Shown: in pieces, positions 59,552 to 64,000 of the stretch
Layout of the letters: each line of letters begins with the position of its first letter
How positions within the stretch are numbered: position 1 is the stretch's first letter
Origin: a virus
IMG/VR virus record: IMGVR_UViG_3300035664_000006
Coordinates: 31,884 to 95,883 of that record
Direction: 5' to 3' (one strand)
DNA length: 64,000 nt
The notes under the pieces: generated by a model
What the model saw: only the letters and a program-made list of their open reading frames with translations
Databases searched by the model: none
What the model was told of the DNA's origin: nothing
Position numbers and translations under genes: made by a program

Positions 59552-59857
59552 ATGAAAACAACAATTACAAAACTAGACAGGCGGCATACCGGTTATCAAC
59601 ACTTTAATTATATGGCTGTTCCAAAATGGCAGCAAAACTGGAATCATGTTGATTTGACTGATACACATCGATTAATGAGACAATGGTGCTGGGAAACATT
59701 TGGTCCAAGTTGTGAATATGATGAATACCGCTCACTTTTTGGTCATCGAGATATTAATACCAGATGGTGTTGGTTAGCGAGTGCAGAACGCCGTTCTCCG
59801 CGTATTTTAATTCAATCTGAAGAAGATAAAAACTGGTTTGTGTTGAGGTGGTCATGA
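59552..59857 (+). CDS. FxLRW-family small protein 1
   Basis: Ends EEDKNWFVLRWS. Confidence 0.75.
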   Translation: MKTTITKLDRRHTGYQHFNYMAVPKWQQNWNHVDLTDTHRLMRQWCWETFGPSCEYDEYRSLFGHRDINTRWCWLASAERRSPRILIQSEEDKNWFVLRWS

Positions 59858-60129
59858 TTAAAGTCAAGTTGAAAAAATATCACATATCAGAATTCGAACT
59901 CTTTACTCCAAAATATTACGAATTATTGACAACTTATAAAGAAATGAAGCAATGGTGTCGTGATACTTATGGTAAAGGCTATGACAATGCTACTAGAAAA
60001 TGGTGTTGGCGAAGTGGAGTAAACTCCGAAGAAGTAGAAAATGATGACTATGATACCTATAGGAAGTATGTGGTATTTTTCTTCACTAGTGAGGAACACG
60101 CGAGTTGGTTTTTAATGAGATGGGGTTAA
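59854..60129 (+). CDS. FxLRW-family small protein 2
   Basis: Ends EEHASWFLMRWG. Confidence 0.75.
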   Translation: MIKVKLKKYHISEFELFTPKYYELLTTYKEMKQWCRDTYGKGYDNATRKWCWRSGVNSEEVENDDYDTYRKYVVFFFTSEEHASWFLMRWG

Positions 60130-60130
60130 T

Positions 60131-60310
60131 ATGTTATTTGACGTGACTGATTTTCCTAAATTTGTGAGTTATGCTGAAAAAAATTATCCGCCTTTTACTC
60201 ATATGACCACTATACTTATAGCTGCCGGGTATAAATCATCCCGGTTCGCGGATGCAGATTGGTATATGGATGATATCGAATATACACATTTTGTATTGAG
60301 GTGGTCATGA
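60131..60310 (+). CDS. FxLRW-family small protein 3 (59 aa, not in ORF track)
   Basis: MLFDVTDFPK...DIEYTHFVLRWS. Confidence 0.75.
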   Translation: MLFDVTDFPKFVSYAEKNYPPFTHMTTILIAAGYKSSRFADADWYMDDIEYTHFVLRWS

Positions 60311-60513
60311 GAACTCTCATAATAACTCAAGATTCATTTCTTGATAACAAATTTTTAGATATGTGGGAAAATGATAATGACCCTAGAAATTGGGCTGATT
60401 TCATTAAAAGTTTAGATAATAACATCATGACTGTGGGTTTTAGAAATCAAACAACTACAATTCAATTTATCAATGAATCACATAAAACTTGGTTCTTAAT
60501 GAGGTATGCATGA
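60307..60513 (+). CDS. FxLRW-family small protein 4
   Basis: Ends ESHKTWFLMRYA. Confidence 0.75.
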   Translation: MRTLIITQDSFLDNKFLDMWENDNDPRNWADFIKSLDNNIMTVGFRNQTTTIQFINESHKTWFLMRYA

Positions 60514-60758
60514 GTCAAAAATTAGGATGGAAGAAGAAATATCCATTTAAAGCAACAATAAAAAGTGATAATGTAGAAGCGTCAGCATGGTTAAGATCAC
60601 AGTTTGGGCATGATTATTTAACGCTATCGACCGGTAGAAGGCTAGTACTCAATAGAAAAGACCAGGTATGGGCATTTGAGAAATGGGAGTATACTGGTTC
60701 TACATATGGATTTGGTAATGAGGAACTTAGGACGTGGTTTTTAATGAGATGGGGATGA
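60510..60758 (+). CDS. FxLRW-family small protein 5
   Basis: Ends EELRTWFLMRWG. Confidence 0.75.
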   Translation: MSQKLGWKKKYPFKATIKSDNVEASAWLRSQFGHDYLTLSTGRRLVLNRKDQVWAFEKWEYTGSTYGFGNEELRTWFLMRWG

Positions 60759-60759
60759 T

Positions 60760-60966
60760 ATGAGAATAAAGAAAATGCCATTTGAAAAGAATAGCTTTAT
60801 TCTAAGTGAAAACAAAGGTGAGCGTTCGGTATCTAAGCAAGAACAACATAGCCTTGTAGAATGGATGGAACAGAAAAATATGAGATATATCTTAACTGGT
60901 AATATCTTAACTTTACCACGAGAAGAAGATCAAACCATATTTATATTACGATGGATGACTGAATAA
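60760..60966 (+). CDS. FxLRW-family small protein 6
   Basis: Ends EEDQTIFILRWMTE. Confidence 0.75.
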   Translation: MRIKKMPFEKNSFILSENKGERSVSKQEQHSLVEWMEQKNMRYILTGNILTLPREEDQTIFILRWMTE

Positions 60967-61100
60967 AAGGACAACAATGGACAAGGAAGACCGTAACAAG
61001 GATCGGGAAGATCTATTAAACACAATAAAAAGAAAATGCAGAAAAGTGGATTAGTGGTGATAAACCAGAACCCGTTGTCACTTCATTTTCATCAGTAATA

Positions 61101-61442
61101 ATGCCAATGATTAGGAAAGTTATGCCACAAATGATAGCAAGTCAACTAACAGGAGGCCCATCTGGTATGGTTTATAATATGGGTTCTATCTTTGACACAA
61201 TTTTAACCACTCATATTGAACAAGTAGCAGTTAATGGCAAAGAAATTGATTACTATGCCATTAAAATCCCATATGGATATTTTGATAAGCACGATTTATC
61301 AACTGATGATATTTATCAATGGTGTATTGACACGTATAGTAAAGATAACGATGATAGCAGATGGTATGTGCGTGGTTCGATGACTTATCTCTTCAGAACT
61401 GAAGAAGATCGCAATTGGTTTTTATTAAGGTGGAGTTCATGA
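61101..61442 (+). CDS. FxLRW-family small protein 7 with gp23/Gol-like N-terminus
   Basis: MPMIRKVMPQMIA..GPSG; ends EEDRNWFLLRWSS. Confidence 0.75.
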   Translation: MPMIRKVMPQMIASQLTGGPSGMVYNMGSIFDTILTTHIEQVAVNGKEIDYYAIKIPYGYFDKHDLSTDDIYQWCIDTYSKDNDDSRWYVRGSMTYLFRTEEDRNWFLLRWSS

Positions 61443-61660
61443 TATTAACAAGTATTCTTAAATTTGAAACAGAAGGTAAACTGATTAATTATTATTCAGT
61501 TAGAGTGCCAAACATATCACAACGAGAAGTAGATAGCTGGTGTTTAAAAACATTTGATCTCTCTGAAGACAAAGATAGATGGTTTACTGATGGATGGTTT
61601 GTTTATTATTTCAAAAACGAAGAAGATCGAAATTGGTTTTTATTAAGGTGGGGGTCATGA
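61439..61660 (+). CDS. FxLRW-family small protein 8
   Basis: Ends EEDRNWFLLRWGS. Confidence 0.75.
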   Translation: MILTSILKFETEGKLINYYSVRVPNISQREVDSWCLKTFDLSEDKDRWFTDGWFVYYFKNEEDRNWFLLRWGS

Positions 61661-61956
61661 TAACCAATTTATGTCAGGAGGTAGTTATGGATTCTGGAAT
61701 GTTTTATGCACCGTATATTCCAGTTGGCATACCAGGAATAAAACCGTATTCTTTTATCAGAAAGGTTGACGATGTTAATGAAGCATGGTATACTATAAAA
61801 ATACAGCATCCACCAGCAGTGGATTGGATGATAGAGGAATTGCCAATCGGTAGTTGGCGGTATGCTGCCAATACACCATTAGGTGGATGGGTAGATCTGT
61901 CGGTATACGATTTAAGAGAAGATGCATATAGTTGGTTTACGCTGAGGTGGTCATGA
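61657..61956 (+). CDS. FxLRW-family small protein 9 with gp23-like peptide
   Basis: DSGMFYAPYIP; ends EDAYSWFTLRWS. Confidence 0.75.
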   Translation: MITNLCQEVVMDSGMFYAPYIPVGIPGIKPYSFIRKVDDVNEAWYTIKIQHPPAVDWMIEELPIGSWRYAANTPLGGWVDLSVYDLREDAYSWFTLRWS

Positions 61957-62171
61957 AAGTCAAGATCTATAAATTAGATCCGTATGAAAATGCGATTAAG
62001 GAAGCAATCGAAGAACACAATCTTCAAGATATACGAGGATACGATAGAATTATTCGTAAGTTAGGGTTTCCTAGTTGTGAGTTTATTCCAAATCTGGGGA
62101 AGGCTGCTGATAGTCATTGGGAGATGGATGAAATTGAGTTTACTTGGTTTGCATTAAAGTTCAGTAGATAA
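61953..62171 (+). CDS. FxLRW-family small protein 10
   Basis: Ends EIEFTWFALKFSR. Confidence 0.75.
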   Translation: MKVKIYKLDPYENAIKEAIEEHNLQDIRGYDRIIRKLGFPSCEFIPNLGKAADSHWEMDEIEFTWFALKFSR

Positions 62172-62173
62172 TC

Positions 62174-62386
62174 ATGGTATCGATTAATATAACTCACAAT
62201 CAATGGAACAAATTAGTATTCTATTATGATGAGTCCGATTCTAGTATTCAGGCAATCCGTTCATCACGAGAAATGAAACAATACATCAAAGATACCTATC
62301 ATGGAAATTATGATCAATTAAAAGGTTTTGGGACCATCACATTTGAGCATGAACATCATCTAACTTGGTTTTTATTAAACATATGA
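62174..62386 (+). CDS. FxLRW-family small protein 11
   Basis: Ends EHHLTWFLLNI. Confidence 0.7.
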   Translation: MVSINITHNQWNKLVFYYDESDSSIQAIRSSREMKQYIKDTYHGNYDQLKGFGTITFEHEHHLTWFLLNI

Positions 62387-62652
62387 GATTTGAAGATATA
62401 AAACTACGATACACTGTTGTACTCGACAATTTAGATGACCTAAGAAAACATGCATCTGAGTTGCCACCCGGTATACGACCAGATGATTATGATGCAATCG
62501 CTGACATTATGTGCAAATGGTGTGAACAGCAATTTGGTGAGAAGACAGTAAAATGGGATTATTGGCTAGCTAAAGCTTATGATCCAGCTGAAGATCATTT
62601 TAGTTTTGAAGAAGAATATCAACGAACCTTGTTTGTATTGAGGTGGTCATGA
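62383..62652 (+). CDS. FxLRW-family small protein 12
   Basis: Ends EYQRTLFVLRWS. Confidence 0.75.
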   Translation: MRFEDIKLRYTVVLDNLDDLRKHASELPPGIRPDDYDAIADIMCKWCEQQFGEKTVKWDYWLAKAYDPAEDHFSFEEEYQRTLFVLRWS

Positions 62653-62870
62653 GTTTACCTATAAATGGTACATATGAGTTATTTTGTCATCTTGGGTTAA
62701 TCCATTGTTTTGATGATCCAGGATTTTGTATTCGCGATGTTGCTGAAATACACGAATGGATTAGACAACAGCCTACTGATCTTTGGAGGGGTATGGATGA
62801 ACCATATGCGTATACTGTATATTATTTGCAACCTGAATTGTATATTTGGTTTAAAATGAGATGGATATGA
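62649..62870 (+). CDS. FxLRW-family small protein 13
   Basis: Ends PELYIWFKMRWI. Confidence 0.75.
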   Translation: MSLPINGTYELFCHLGLIHCFDDPGFCIRDVAEIHEWIRQQPTDLWRGMDEPYAYTVYYLQPELYIWFKMRWI

Positions 62871-63121
62871 AACAAACATTATCAAATGCTGATTTACAGA
62901 AATTATGGGCTAATTGGCTATTAACTTTACAAGGCCAACATGTCAGTGGCTATGGGCTTAGAATGAGTTACGATACTCAATCTCGTAATTATGGTCCTGC
63001 TAGGTGCTTCGAAGATTGGTTATTTTCACAAGGCGCAATAGTTAAACAAGTTAAAGGTAAACGCCACTTGGAATTCATGACACCAGAACAAGCAACATGG
63101 TTTAAACTAAAATGGCTATGA
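62867..63121 (+). CDS. FxLRW-family small protein 14
   Basis: Ends PEQATWFKLKWL. Confidence 0.75.
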   Translation: MKQTLSNADLQKLWANWLLTLQGQHVSGYGLRMSYDTQSRNYGPARCFEDWLFSQGAIVKQVKGKRHLEFMTPEQATWFKLKWL

Positions 63122-63300
63122 CCATTGATTTAGAAATTTTTCGCGAACCAACTACTGTTTTTATATGGTTATGTAAATCGTTTGGGCCACCTGGATTAAA
63201 CCATGGTAGGTGGGAGTTGCGAGACTTGAGATATATAGATTTTCAGAATGATATGGACAAGACGTTCGTATTATTAAAATTTGATTTAAAGGGAAAATAG
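63118..63300 (+). CDS. FxLRW-family small protein 15
   Basis: WLCKSFGP..RW..DMDKTFVLLKF. Confidence 0.7.
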   Translation: MTIDLEIFREPTTVFIWLCKSFGPPGLNHGRWELRDLRYIDFQNDMDKTFVLLKFDLKGK

Positions 63301-63303
63301 AAA

Positions 63304-63639
63304 ATGATTAATGGGATACAAAGTAATAGCGCACATATATTGGCTTATTCAAATGGCAGTTCTTCAATAACATCCGGTTCATTACGAATACAAAATGGTA
63401 GGTTAGAAGCATATGCTGGTTATAGTTGGACACCAGTAGAATATGAGAATGGGATAGTTGGGTTAACAACACAAGCTGAACAGGCGATAGATTGGGCATA
63501 TAAAAAAATGATTGAAGAAAAAGAAGAACAAATTTTAATCGAAAAATATCCATCATTGGGTAGTGCTAAAGGTCAATATGAAATGATCAAGAAAATATGT
63601 CAAGCTGAGGAAGAACTTGACACCAGTAAAGGAGTATAA
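63304..63639 (+). CDS. hypothetical phage protein
   Basis: AIDWAYKKMIEE..EKYPSL. Confidence 0.65.
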   Translation: MINGIQSNSAHILAYSNGSSSITSGSLRIQNGRLEAYAGYSWTPVEYENGIVGLTTQAEQAIDWAYKKMIEEKEEQILIEKYPSLGSAKGQYEMIKKICQAEEELDTSKGV

Positions 63640-63642
63640 TAT

Positions 63643-63991
63643 AATGGAGTTCATAATTTTAATTGCACTGCAATTAAAACATTGGTACATAGATTTTGTT
63701 AATCAAACCGATGCAGAAGTTGTCAGTAAAGGCCATTATGGGGAATTAACCGGTATACTGCATAGCGCAAAACATGGTATTGGAACCGGGGTTATTTTTC
63801 TATTCATTGATCCATATCTAGCTCCAATCATGGTATTATTTGATGGGTATTTACATTACCACATCGATTGGGCTAAACGTAATTTTGGTAATCAAGATAT
63901 CCAGAATCCTAAATTTTGGGCACATCTAGGTCTTGATCAGATGGCACATCAGTTATGTTATATCGGGTATGTAGCAATGGTGGTGTTATGA
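63643..63991 (+). CDS. DUF3307-like membrane protein
   Basis: KHWYIDF..Q, HSAKHG, HYHIDWAK, GLDQMAH. Confidence 0.75.
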
Positions 63992-64000
63992 TACGGGCTG

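Noticed and set aside
59552-63300. Integron or diversity-generating retroelement behind the small-gene array
   Set aside because: No attC-like intergenic palindromes, integrase, reverse transcriptase or template/variable repeat pair is visible in this window.
1-64000. Genome-wide TAG recoding
   Set aside because: Long conserved genes are intact in the standard code and TAG occurs at expected C-termini.

Overview
AT-rich 64 kb segment of a large T4-like (jumbo) tailed-phage genome, probably infecting a Proteobacterium. It has sigma70 early promoters (TTGACA-N16/17-TATAAT) and a recurring TAAATA late promoter. Left part: a CUA-anticodon tRNA, a circularly permuted two-piece tmRNA, a curli-like csgF/csgG/curlin/FecR/PA14 cluster with RimK and a CHASE2 cyclase, heme oxygenase plus bilin reductase, ClpS/Hsp20/DnaK, bS21, RlpA and glutaredoxin. 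Middle: nrdB, an nrdA broken into three ORFs by two endonuclease genes, and virion/tail-fibre genes. Right: hemA, nucleases, a transglycosylase, an HldD-like epimerase and a helicase/methyltransferase cluster. Main unexplained signals: (1) a covarying ~80-nt two-hairpin leader repeated six times before homing endonucleases of different families; (2) an early-promoter array of 15 translationally coupled small paralogues ending in F-x-L-R-W, two of which carry peptides resembling major capsid protein gp23; (3) an atypical split intein plus a non-catalytic half-Hint tail at the two nrdA breaks; (4) an endonuclease flanked by two diverged versions of the hemA 3' end; (5) a probable -1 frameshift extending a head protein. 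All protein family calls are from motif recognition by eye; no searches were run.
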